From an uncultured Chlamydiae bacterium (lineage in GTDB: Bacteria > Chlamydiota > Chlamydiia > Chlamydiales > JAJFMA01), in assembly GCA_963713615.1 (NCBI GenBank), contig CAVQMM010000001.1, forward strand, positions 64,001-128,000: DNA of 64,000 bases, read 5' to 3'. The notes under the pieces are model-generated. The model was not told where the DNA came from and searched no databases. It saw only the letters and a program-made list of their open reading frames with translations. A program made the translations under genes and the position numbers. This document shows positions 30,451 to 39,951 of the stretch, one piece after another. The first letter of the stretch is position 1. Each line of letters begins with the position of its first letter.

Positions 30451-32154
30451 ATGGAAAGAATTTTGAAAATTGCGAAAATATTTACGTTCTTTGTTTTTTT
30501 GTGGCATTCGTTTTTTATTATTGCGGATGTTCCAGGAACTTTTGAACAAATTACAGGTTCACCATTTGCAACGGGAGTCGCTCCTTCATCTTCATCCTAT
30601 TCCCCCTTAGCTTCAGGAAATTTATTTGCTGCAACACCGAATTTTCGCGATGGTACAGTATCGGTGTATCAGGTTGACCAAACAACCGGAGCATTTACTC
30701 AAGTAAGTGGTTCCCCTTTTGCAACAGGTGGACTTCCGGCTTGGCAATCATTTTCACCCCTAGCAGGAGGAAATTTATTTTCCGCTGTTGCTAATTTCAA
30801 TGACCATACAGTATCCGTGTATGAGGTGAACCAAACTACGGGTGTGTTTACTGAGGTTTTGGGTTCCCCTTTTGCAACGGGAGGAGGACCTGCTAGCGTA
30901 GAGTTTTCACCACTAGCTTCAGGAAATTTATTTGCTGCTGTCGCTAATACCAGCGACAATACAGTGTCAGTGTATAGCGTGAATCAGACTACTGGCGTAT
31001 TTACCGAGGTTGTAGGTTCGCCTTTTGCAGCTGGGGCAGAGTCTAATTTCGCAGTATTTTCTCCAGTAGTATCAGGAAACCTATTTGCTGCTGTAGCTAA
31101 TGCCAGTGGCAACACGGTTTCAGTCTATGAGGTAAATCCCACTACAGGCGCATTTACAGAGGTTGTAGGGTCACCTTTTGCAACGGGATCACGGCCTCTT
31201 AATATTGCATTTTCTCCACTAGTTTCAGGAAATTTATTTGCAGCTGTTGTTAATTTAAATGACAATAACATGTCAGTATATCAAGTCAATCTAATTACAG
31301 GTGCATTTACGCCAATTCCAACTTCTCCGGTTAATACAGGCTCGGGGCCTAATGTGATGGCATTCTCTCCTCTTGTTTCAGGAGATTTATTTGCAGGGGT
31401 TGTTAACTTCAATGACAATAGCGTATCTGTCTATGAGGTAAATCAAAGCAATGGAGCATTTACACAAATTGTGGGCTCTCCCTTTGCCACAGGAGGACAG
31501 CCTAGCGGAATAGCTTTCTCTCCCTTTGTATCGGGAAATCTATTTGCCATGGTTGCTAATTTTGCTGACAATACGGCCTCTGTTTATCACGTTGTTACCC
31601 CCACTCTTCCTATAGTGACGGGCATCGCCCCACCCACAGGACCCAACAACGGCGGCAATGCAGTTACGATTACTGGCACAAACTTTACAGGGACAACTGC
31701 TGTCGCTTTTGGGGCTAACCCAGCGACCTCTTTCGTTGTCAACAGCGATACGCAGATTACTTCTGTTTCACCCTCTGGGAGTGGCACTGTGGATATTACT
31801 GTAACAACACCACGCGGAACTTCTCTAACGTCTTCGGCAGATCAATACACTTATGTCTCAGCAGCCCCTCCACTCCCACCTTCTAATTTTGTGGGAGTGA
31901 TCAGGAAAAGTATATTTTTAAACCAAACCGACTATGTCATAAAAGCAAGGTGGACAGCAAGCCCTTCGCCAGATGTGATCTTGTATAGAATTTATCAAAA
32001 CAATAGACTCATTGAAAATATTGCATCAACTTCTCCATTAGTGATTTTCATACATCTTCAAAATTGTTTATCACAAGGATACGAAATTGTAGCTGTCAAC
32101 GTAAACGATGTAGAAAGCACTAGAATCCCACTTATAATAGTGAACAAAAGCTGA
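30451..32154 (+). CDS. Tandem paralog: beta-propeller plus IPT/TIG plus extra C-terminal beta domain
   Basis: Same repeats; GGNAVTITGTNF; C-terminal PLPPSNF...WTASPSPDVILYRIY. Confidence 0.85.
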   Translation: MERILKIAKIFTFFVFLWHSFFIIADVPGTFEQITGSPFATGVAPSSSSYSPLASGNLFAATPNFRDGTVSVYQVDQTTGAFTQVSGSPFATGGLPAWQSFSPLAGGNLFSAVANFNDHTVSVYEVNQTTGVFTEVLGSPFATGGGPASVEFSPLASGNLFAAVANTSDNTVSVYSVNQTTGVFTEVVGSPFAAGAESNFAVFSPVVSGNLFAAVANASGNTVSVYEVNPTTGAFTEVVGSPFATGSRPLNIAFSPLVSGNLFAAVVNLNDNNMSVYQVNLITGAFTPIPTSPVNTGSGPNVMAFSPLVSGDLFAGVVNFNDNSVSVYEVNQSNGAFTQIVGSPFATGGQPSGIAFSPFVSGNLFAMVANFADNTASVYHVVTPTLPIVTGIAPPTGPNNGGNAVTITGTNFTGTTAVAFGANPATSFVVNSDTQITSVSPSGSGTVDITVTTPRGTSLTSSADQYTYVSAAPPLPPSNFVGVIRKSIFLNQTDYVIKARWTASPSPDVILYRIYQNNRLIENIASTSPLVIFIHLQNCLSQGYEIVAVNVNDVESTRIPLIIVNKS

Positions 32155-32441
32155 TCATTTGTGGCGTAAAATCCTAAAAAGCCCTCCAAGCGACTAACTT
32201 CGGCAGTCATGGAATGCCTGCCCCACATTAGGAAGTCGCGGCACTTTCGGATATTGGCGACGCAGCCGGCTGGGACTCTAAGCGCCACGCGCCGATCGAT
32301 GCTTGTTAGGCTTAAGTTGATGCCTATGGCTCCAAAGCACTGCATATGCATTCGATTGTATGGCCGTATATTTTTTTGTGGAATGGTCTTTGGTTTATTG
32401 GTAAAGTAGATCACATTCGGTCGACTAAAGGAGCGTTTTCT

Positions 32442-33094
32442 ATGCTGAAGAGAATATTGAACCTGTGTTCAGCGGGCATGTGGCTGTTTTCCAATAATGT
32501 AGCAGCAGCAGCTACCACGAATATTTCCATTACCCGGCGGAAGCTTTGCAGAAGCTCATCGACGGAAACAAGCGCTACGTGGATGACAAGCTTGAGCATC
32601 CCAACCGTACTCAGGAAAGCCGCGAAGCTGTTGCGGAACAACAAAGACCCTTTGCCATTATTTTGGGCTGTGCCGACTCACGTGTTGGACCTGAAATTCT
32701 TTTTGATCAAGGTATCGGCGATCTTTTTGTCGTTAGAGTGGCCGGCAATGTAGCTGGTCAGTTGGAAATTGACAGTATCGACTATGCAGCTCTTCAGCTG
32801 GGTTCTTCCGTGATTATGGTCCTAGGGCATGAAAATTGTGGTGCTGTCACTGCTGTTGTGAAACATCAGACTAATGGCATAGAAGCGATTGCAAGGCTCA
32901 TACAGCCCGCAGTAAAGGCCTCGAAGCAAATGCCAGGTAATCAGATTGAAAATGCCATCAAAGCCAATGTTAGGCTAGTGATGGTTCAGCTGAAGAAGTC
33001 TCCTGTCATCGCTGAACTGTGTCGGCAAAAACGTCTTGACGTTGTAGGAGGGTACTACGACTTAAACACAGGACAGGTGCATGTCATCCGATAG
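32442..33094 (+). pseudogene. Beta-carbonic anhydrase with an apparent 1-nt frameshift after the leader (or a sequencing error)
   Basis: CADSRV, VRVAGN, GHENCGAV in the frame of 32546, which is closed by TAA at 32495. AAGGAG plus ATG 32442 is in another frame. One extra C at 32533-32535 joins them as ...ISITPAEALQKL. Confidence 0.7.
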
Positions 33095-33238
33095 GTAGTA
33101 ATGCCGGCAAAAAATGATAACACCCCAACCCTGAGAGTAGAGCTGAATTAGCGGGAATTGCTTTCCGATAGGTTCCGTTCTTGACTTCGTGTAAGGAAGT
33201 TTATAAGGTTCGGTGGATAACCCATCATCGAGGACGAT

Positions 33239-33679
33239 ATGGAGCCGCTAGATTTTCAAGGACAGGTGAAGACTAATCTACTGACAATCATCAGCTTGAT
33301 CATGGCCATTACCGCATTGATTTACGGAACTTGGCGTAATGAAGTCACGGAACACAATCGTAATATTCGCACAGCTGGCTTCGCCTTATTGCAGCAGTTA
33401 GAAGACCTTCAGGCATCTGTAAATGATTTGTATTATCAGGCTGACCGCAAAGCCGCCACAGCTCGCAACCCCATTATGGCATGGGGACATGTGGCAGTCA
33501 TTGGAGATCTAGCCAAGCTCCTTCCTCAGCCTGTTCCCCAGGTGGTTGATAAACTTGTCGCTGAATGGCGTCAAAACGTACAAACACTCGCCACCGATGA
33601 AGCCGCATCCGACAAAGTCAGTCAGGACATAGATGATGCGAGACAAGCAGTTTTGAACGTCCTTACCAACCTAAGATAG
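33239..33679 (+). CDS. Hypothetical membrane-anchored helical protein
   Basis: GAGG RBS; N-terminal TM followed by WRNEVTEHNRNIRTAGF. Confidence 0.7.
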   Translation: MEPLDFQGQVKTNLLTIISLIMAITALIYGTWRNEVTEHNRNIRTAGFALLQQLEDLQASVNDLYYQADRKAATARNPIMAWGHVAVIGDLAKLLPQPVPQVVDKLVAEWRQNVQTLATDEAASDKVSQDIDDARQAVLNVLTNLR

Positions 33680-33687
33680 TCTTAGAG

Positions 33688-34425
33688 CTATTCGAATTCG
33701 AGAACATGCGACATATAGCGTTGTCCCAGGGGCGATTTCGGATGTTGTAAGACATCTTCTGTGCGGCCATGCTCGAGGATCTGCCCATGAGCTACAAAAA
33801 GGACCCAATCAGCAATGCGCTTGGCGAAATGCAGATGATGCGTCACCAGAATAAGATCTCTTTGCTCTTTCTTAAGTTCTAAAATCAGTTCAAGGACCTC
33901 CGCGGACATTAGGGGATCCAGCGCCGAAGTCGGCTCATCTAGCATCAATGTTTTAGGTTGACCCGCTACGGCTCGGATTAATGCGACCCGCTGAACCTGC
34001 CCACCCGAAAGCGCGTAGGGTTTTTTGTGAGCATGTTTATTGAGCTCAAACCGTTTTAAAAGAGCCATACTCCGAGCTTCCGCTTCTTCATGAGACAAGC
34101 CATGCACACGGTATAGAGGTAGGACGATGTTCTCCAACGCTGTCAGGTGAGGGAATAGATTCCACGATTGAAATACAATGCCCAGTTTTCGACGATGCTC
34201 TCTTAACCATGGCTCCTCGAAGACCATCCGTTGGCCATTAAAGGCTATCCAACCTTTATTCGGACATTGTAAGCCTGCGATCAGGCGCAACAAGGTCGAT
34301 TTACCGCCACCTGAGGGACCTATGAGCACCAGATTTTGGCATTCCGGGACAATTAGGTTCACAGACGAAACCGCCTCATGGGAAGCGAAGGTTTTTGTAA
34401 GATCGCCGCCTAACTCAAGTTTCAT
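33688..34425 (-). CDS. Polar amino-acid ABC transporter ATP-binding protein
   Basis: GPSGGGKST, FQSWNLFPHLTALENI, LSGGQVQRVA, DEPTSALDP. Confidence 0.92.
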   Translation of the reverse strand: MKLELGGDLTKTFASHEAVSSVNLIVPECQNLVLIGPSGGGKSTLLRLIAGLQCPNKGWIAFNGQRMVFEEPWLREHRRKLGIVFQSWNLFPHLTALENIVLPLYRVHGLSHEEAEARSMALLKRFELNKHAHKKPYALSGGQVQRVALIRAVAGQPKTLMLDEPTSALDPLMSAEVLELILELKKEQRDLILVTHHLHFAKRIADWVLFVAHGQILEHGRTEDVLQHPKSPLGQRYMSHVLEFE

Positions 34426-35155
34426 ATTGAAATTTCTGTTCTAGCTTTTTGGTCCACAGAGAAATGGGCAACGTAAGGATAAGGTATGCGATGGCTAAGG
34501 GAAAGAAGACTTCAAGGGTACTATAGGTAGCGCTGTTGATTTGTTGGGCGCTGTTCGTTAGCTCATTGATCCCTATGATCGAGAGTAATGAAGAATCTTT
34601 GATAATTGATGCAAACTGACCCGCTAGCGGGGGGAGCACCTGGCGCGCCGCTTGGGGCAGAATAACAAAACGATAACATTGAAAGGATGTAAGGCCAATA
34701 GCCCGTGCGGACTCCAATTGTGTACTACTGACATTGTCTATCCCTGCCCTTACCATTTCGGCGATGTAAGCGCCATGAAATAGAGACAAGACAGTAACCC
34801 CAGCGACGTAGCGATTTTCTAAGCCAATGCTGTGGGCGATCACGTAATAAAAAAACAAGATCTGGACTAACAGCGGCGTACCACGAATGACTTCTATATA
34901 GGCCTTTGCTGTAACGCTTAAGGCTGTCAGACTAGAGCGTTTAGCAAAGGCGGTTATCAGTCCGAATAACAGACTAAGTGCCAGACTAGCTATAGACAGC
35001 AAGATTGTATTCCGCCATCCCAGAAGAAATACCCGACGGTATTCCCAGATCGTATCCCACTGAAGATGATGGCGATTTGTCACTATCCATAGCACAGTGC
35101 CGATAAGCGAAACGGCGACTAGTATAATCAATAGGCTTTTTAGTGACGCTTTCAT
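34415..35155 (-). CDS. Polar amino-acid ABC transporter permease
   Basis: YIEVIRGTPLLVQ, AYIAEMVRAG, IKDSSL; start set at MKASLK. Confidence 0.9.
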   Translation of the reverse strand: MKASLKSLLIILVAVSLIGTVLWIVTNRHHLQWDTIWEYRRVFLLGWRNTILLSIASLALSLLFGLITAFAKRSSLTALSVTAKAYIEVIRGTPLLVQILFFYYVIAHSIGLENRYVAGVTVLSLFHGAYIAEMVRAGIDNVSSTQLESARAIGLTSFQCYRFVILPQAARQVLPPLAGQFASIIKDSSLLSIIGINELTNSAQQINSATYSTLEVFFPLAIAYLILTLPISLWTKKLEQKFQYET

Positions 35156-35165
35156 AACTGTCCAA

Positions 35166-35942
35166 CTAATGACTAAAGATGAAGGGGATTCCCAACTTGT
35201 GGAAAGCCGCTTTCTGCTTCGACAGATATTTTTCTGTGAGTAGGTCAAAGCCGCCTTCATCACGGAAGGAATCAATAAAGGTATTTACCTGAATGAGCAG
35301 ATCGTGATTACCTTTTCGAATACCAAAGGCCCAATTTTCCTTCTGAAAGGGTGTTAATATCGCTCTGGTAGTATTGGAGTTTTTTTGCCACTGAATGTAC
35401 ACGGATAGCTGATCGTAAATGAATGCATCGGCTTTACCTTGAACGACCTCTAACACGCACATAGCCTCCTTGTCCAGTACCCGCACTACTGCCTGTGTAA
35501 GATGAGATGACGCATAGACCTCACCACTGGTTCCTGATTTCACAACAATTGTTCGGTTAGGTTGGTTGGCATCTGCAATGCTCATCAGGCTGGACTGGGT
35601 ATTTACCAATAGGCATAAGCCTGTGCTACCATAAGGCTGTGAGAAGTCGATCGACTTTTTACGTTCTTCCGTACATGTCATTGATGAAAGAATGAGATCA
35701 ATCTTTCCACTCTTTAGAGCTGGAATAAGACCAACATAAGCGATGTTCTGAATGGCTATCTCGCGGTTTAAAAAACGCCCCAGCGCTTCGGCAATGTCAA
35801 CGCTAATGCCACCGGGGCTGCCATCCGCGCAGATCATTTCGAATGGCGGATAGGACAGCTCCATGCCAACCCTAAGAGGACTAGCATAGGCATTTGCCAT
35901 GTAGGTCAGCAGAAATATCAGGCCAAGTATCATGCGAATCAT
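35166..35942 (-). CDS. Polar amino-acid ABC transporter substrate-binding protein
   Basis: Signal peptide MIRMILGL..AYA, GMELSYPPFE, TEERKKSIDFS; the longer N-terminus in the ORF track is repeat DNA. Confidence 0.9.
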   Translation of the reverse strand: MIRMILGLIFLLTYMANAYASPLRVGMELSYPPFEMICADGSPGGISVDIAEALGRFLNREIAIQNIAYVGLIPALKSGKIDLILSSMTCTEERKKSIDFSQPYGSTGLCLLVNTQSSLMSIADANQPNRTIVVKSGTSGEVYASSHLTQAVVRVLDKEAMCVLEVVQGKADAFIYDQLSVYIQWQKNSNTTRAILTPFQKENWAFGIRKGNHDLLIQVNTFIDSFRDEGGFDLLTEKYLSKQKAAFHKLGIPFIFSH

Positions 35943-35983
35943 GGGTTTACCATAGACTTTTTGTTTGAACTCGGCAACCGAAT

Positions 35984-36340
35984 AGGAGAGGGAAGAGAGA
36001 ATTAGGATTTTACAACAGAGGACACAGAGACGCCGAGATAGGAAAGAGAGGAGAACTTTTGGTTCTTGGGAAGAATTGGGGGCGCTTTTTGCTTCCACAA
36101 ACCATCGGCGCTTTGGAGTCACAATCGTCACTAGGCGCTTCGCGCCGAGTGACGATTGTGATTCCAAAGCGCCCCCAATTCCTCTCAAGAACCGAATTTT
36201 TTTTTCGATTGAGAGCAAATGAACCCTATGGAAAAAATGGTCGTTGTTAAAACAAAAAGCATTCAAACTCATCCTCTTCTCTCTCCGATCTCGGCGTCTC
36301 TGCGCTCTCTGTGGTAAAAATCCTAATCCTCCTCTCCCCT
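35984..36340. repeat. Family F element, copy 3, containing a family E element (36061-36193)
   Basis: Outer arms CAGAGACGCCGAGATAGGA / TCCGATCTCGGCGTCTCTG; inner E element with a D-like hairpin at 36107-36173. Confidence 0.85.
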
Positions 36341-36764
36341 AAGGCTCAAAGGGATGTGATTAATTTAGGCACAGCTCTCACTCAATATCTGATGAAACTC
36401 AAGGCATAACCGCTCCATAACCTTTCTTGAAGCGGTCTTTTCTTGGGCCGCAGTTTTCTTCTTTTTGATCAATTTTTTTGGATCGATCGATGGTTGAGCA
36501 GCAAAAAACGCTGGATCTCATCTTGTTTTGTAGTCATCGAAGGCATTGCATCACAGAGGGTTCTAATCGCCATGGGCATCTTTCAAAAAAAAATGATTGT
36601 CGAAAACGATGGGTAGGGTCGATAGTGAGGCTTGAACTCTCTTTCGCTGCATCGACTGCCCCCTGGGTAGTTTATAAGCAAGAAAAGTGTTCGTAATGTG
36701 GACCACCGGAGGATTTTTTTCGGACGGCCACGATATGTAAACAGTTCTGATTGAGGTAACAGCT

Positions 36765-37268
36765 ATGAAAAAGATTTTGCAGTTAGGAGCATTCCTTTTT
36801 GCTGTCCTTATAGCTCAGTACAGTTACGCTCAGTCCTATGACTATGGCAACGGCAATGCACAATGCTGCGCTCAACAAGCCCAGCAATGTTGTGACCAAC
36901 CTTGCGGAGAGTGTTGGTGCAAATTCTGTCGCTATGAACCCTGCCACTATAACTGCTGGCGTTGTGAGGACTGTCCTCGCTATTGCAAACAGCGTTGCTG
37001 CCGCTATGTGCCACAGTACTATCAAGTTCAACGTTGCAGATATGTCCCTCAGTACTACTGCCAAACAGTATGCTGTTCGGTACCACAGTACTACTATGTT
37101 GATCGTTGCATCAATTGCAAAAAATGGGTTTGCGATCGCAAATGCCAATATATCCCACGTTACTACTACAAGCAGTGCTGTGAGCCTTGCTGCGGCAATG
37201 GTTCCAACAGTACCTGCAATGCTGGTGGATGTGACGGAGGCAACGGCAACGGCTACGGCCGTCGCTAG
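36765..37268 (+). CDS. Small secreted cysteine-rich protein
   Basis: GAGGT RBS, signal peptide, 29 Cys in 167 aa, VPQYY repeated three times. Confidence 0.85.
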   Translation: MKKILQLGAFLFAVLIAQYSYAQSYDYGNGNAQCCAQQAQQCCDQPCGECWCKFCRYEPCHYNCWRCEDCPRYCKQRCCRYVPQYYQVQRCRYVPQYYCQTVCCSVPQYYYVDRCINCKKWVCDRKCQYIPRYYYKQCCEPCCGNGSNSTCNAGGCDGGNGNGYGRR

Positions 37269-37300
37269 TAACTGTGGTGCTCTGCACCAAATATGTATTG

Positions 37301-37333
37301 GACAGGCAAACGACGTTTGCCTGTCTTTTTTTT
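37301..37333 (+). terminator. Rho-independent terminator
   Basis: GACAGGCAAAC-GAC-GTTTGCCTGTC followed by T8. Confidence 0.85.
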
Positions 37334-37350
37334 ATACCACGGGAAAATGT

Positions 37351-37992
37351 TTAGCACTCTTGAGTCTTTCTCTGCCTTTTACGCATAGCGGCCATTGCCA
37401 AGCTTGAGCCTAGTATCACCATCGTTGTAGGTTCGGGTACACCTACTTGTCCTTTGGTACTCAACGTCGTTATCAACACGTTATGGCTGGAAGCTGTCAC
37501 TGACAGATATTGGTTGCCATTAGGAATGGGAGATATAGGAAATGTATTTGGTGAGTCGGTGGTACCCGAGAATAGCAATGTTCCCAGACTACCTAGTACA
37601 TTAGAGCTATATAGGCTCCAACCCTCACCAGCTTGTACACTACCGATCGACATTGTTAACGAAGTTGGGTGTGTTGCCCAAACGTTCGACATGTTCAACT
37701 GCACAAAATTTGTGACACCAATCTCGTGATCGGGGTCTATGTTTAGGCCTAGCCCATTTTCATCACCACCATCCGCTTTGCCATATAGATCCAGCGTATG
37801 GCTAGGCGATATATTAAATCCATATGCCGTAATGGCCACGCCATTGTTTGTATAAATGTGAGTATTCCCCAGATTACCGGTGGGATTGTCAAAATTGTAG
37901 CTTAAGTCAACCGCTGATGCCGGCGCGGTTAGACACAGTAAGGCCCCTGCTAGAGTTCCTAATCCCATATGATACATTTTAAACATACACAC
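37351..37992 (-). CDS. PEP-CTERM sorting domain protein
   Basis: Signal peptide; C-terminal VPEPTT, hydrophobic stretch, then RKRQRK. Confidence 0.88.
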   Translation of the reverse strand: MCMFKMYHMGLGTLAGALLCLTAPASAVDLSYNFDNPTGNLGNTHIYTNNGVAITAYGFNISPSHTLDLYGKADGGDENGLGLNIDPDHEIGVTNFVQLNMSNVWATHPTSLTMSIGSVQAGEGWSLYSSNVLGSLGTLLFSGTTDSPNTFPISPIPNGNQYLSVTASSHNVLITTLSTKGQVGVPEPTTMVILGSSLAMAAMRKRQRKTQEC

Positions 37993-38157
37993 CTCGTTTA
38001 ATTCGTATATAATTCAGAAAGTGGTCTTCAATTTATTGCATTTTGAAGATTAATTACTATTGCGATATTAATGCCAACTTTTATGTTAGCTGTCATTTTT
38101 TTTAAAAAAACACTATTTGAAAAAAGATTAAGGATGCATGCTGTCGAAAAATGATGA

Positions 38158-38319
38158 TATACCACGCGCGGTTAGATTTGGCGCATTCGACTGCGCCAAA
38201 GCCCCGGGGGTGAACGATCGCAAGTGGATCAATATTAGAAATATGGACCCACTTGCGATCGTTCAACCCCGGGGCTTTCGCGCTAGTCGAATGCGCCAAA
38301 TCTAACCGTGCGTGGTAGA
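38158..38319. repeat. Family H long palindrome (TATACCAC termini)
   Basis: About 80-bp imperfect arms around AATATT-AG-AAATAT; homologous to 53503-53666; a further left-end fragment follows at 38320-38348. Confidence 0.88.
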
Positions 38320-38353
38320 TACCACATTCGGTTCACAACTTGGAATTCTTATT

Positions 38354-39745
38354 ATGGCAGCGAAGATACAGGAAAATGTGCTGATTGGTGAACTCCAGGC
38401 TGGTAAATGGGGTCGTGCGACAGAGGTAGATTTTTGGACTTGGTTCGGTTGCTTTCTGGTTCTGACGGTGAGTCCATTGCTGGTCCTTTACTTTTACGTC
38501 GCATTGTTTAGCTATCAGGCATCGCTTATAGCTCCGATAGATGGCCTATTGTCTGGCACCATCACTCTGGCTGATTTATGGAGGCAGCTGCCTGTGCCAT
38601 CTGCTGCCGCTGCATACATTGCAGGAGGATGGCTGGCGTTACAGATTGTTTTAGCATTAGTGCCTGACGTTCTGCATCGTATGATTGTTTCATATCGAGG
38701 GGGAATGCGGGTGGGAGCGGTTACTCCTGCTGGTAACTGTCTTTGGTACAATATCAATGGATTACAAGCCTGGCTAGTTTCCCAGATTCTATTCTTGGTC
38801 TGTGCGCTCGGGTTTAAATGGTTTTCGCCCACAGTCATCTTTGATAACCTTGGGGGGTTGCTCATCATTGCCAATCTTGCTGGGTTTGGTCTTGCCCTGT
38901 TTTCATACGTGAAGGCGCTTCTCTTTCCTTCACACCCGGAGGACAGAAAGTGGAGCGGTAGTTTGCTTTATGATTTTTTTATGGGCGTTGAGCTAAATCC
39001 TCGGGTTGGGCCAATTGATTTTAAGCTTTTTTTCAATGGTCGCCCTGGAATTGTCGCTTGGACATTGATCAATCTATCCTTTGCCTTTGCTCAATATAGT
39101 CGTTATGGATATGTGACGAACTCGATGATCTTGGTCAACGTTTTGCACGGGCTATATGTGGTGTATTTTTTCTGGAAGGAGTCGTGGTACTTGAATACTA
39201 TCGACATCAACCATGACCACTTTGGCTGGTACCTGGCATGGGGGGATAGCACGTGGTTGCCTTTTATATACCCTCTTCAGGGCTTATATCTTGTTATGCA
39301 CCCTGTACAGCTTTCTGTAGGTTATGCGCTCTTTGTCTTGGGATTTGGTTTATTTGGCTTTTGGATTTTTCTATCCTCCAATAACCAAAAAGACCGTTTT
39401 CGACGCATGGATGGTCAAGCACTGGTCTGGGGCCGTCTACCCCAGTATATTCCAGCGCAGTACACAACACGCGATGGAGAAAGACGTGCTAGTAAGTTGT
39501 TGCTTTCTGGATGGTGGGGGATTGGTCGGCATATGAACTACACTGGCGATCTAATGCTGTCGCTGGCTTATTGTTTAGCATGTGGCTTTAACCATATAAT
39601 ACCCTATTTCTACATCATTTTCATGACGATATTGCTAATACACCGTTGCATACGCGACGAACATCGTTGTCATCAAAAATATGGCAAAGCTTGGGAGCAG
39701 TATTGCGCGCGTGTACCCTATCGTATCCTTCCAGGCATCTTCTAG
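38354..39745 (+). CDS. ERG4/ERG24-family sterol reductase, 7-dehydrocholesterol reductase-like
   Basis: YDFFMGVELNPR, FKLFFNGRPG, TIDINHDHFGWYLAWGD, LLLSGWWGIGRHMNYTGD, HRCIRDEHRCHQKYG. Confidence 0.92.
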   Translation: MAAKIQENVLIGELQAGKWGRATEVDFWTWFGCFLVLTVSPLLVLYFYVALFSYQASLIAPIDGLLSGTITLADLWRQLPVPSAAAAYIAGGWLALQIVLALVPDVLHRMIVSYRGGMRVGAVTPAGNCLWYNINGLQAWLVSQILFLVCALGFKWFSPTVIFDNLGGLLIIANLAGFGLALFSYVKALLFPSHPEDRKWSGSLLYDFFMGVELNPRVGPIDFKLFFNGRPGIVAWTLINLSFAFAQYSRYGYVTNSMILVNVLHGLYVVYFFWKESWYLNTIDINHDHFGWYLAWGDSTWLPFIYPLQGLYLVMHPVQLSVGYALFVLGFGLFGFWIFLSSNNQKDRFRRMDGQALVWGRLPQYIPAQYTTRDGERRASKLLLSGWWGIGRHMNYTGDLMLSLAYCLACGFNHIIPYFYIIFMTILLIHRCIRDEHRCHQKYGKAWEQYCARVPYRILPGIF

Positions 39746-39749
39746 ATAG

Positions 39750-39886
39750 GTGTGTGTGGCTTTTAACGCAAAGGCGATATGTCGCCAGGCACGACACTTA
39801 TCGGGCATGAAGCTCACCCACATTTAAATTTGGGTGAGCTTCTTCCCCTGCAGGTGTCGTGCCTTACGACTAAAATCTGCACACAC
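39750..39886. repeat. Nested imperfect hairpin
   Basis: AGGCACGACAC/GTGTCGTGCCT and GAAGCTCACCCA/TGGGTGAGCTTC stems inside GTGTGTG/CACACAC. Confidence 0.6.
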
Positions 39887-39951
39887 GTAATTATTTTATT
39901 GATACCCACCATGAGCCTGTGTATAAGAAAAAATTTACACCGGGTTTAGCC

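Noticed and set aside
32346..32753. 135-aa ORF as an independent gene
   Set aside because: Better explained as the out-of-frame leader of the carbonic anhydrase.
35943..36272. Long N-terminal extensions in the ORF track (also 55924-56214, 62906-63169 and 38312-38353)
   Set aside because: They run through repeat or MITE DNA; family homology and signal peptides begin at downstream ATGs.
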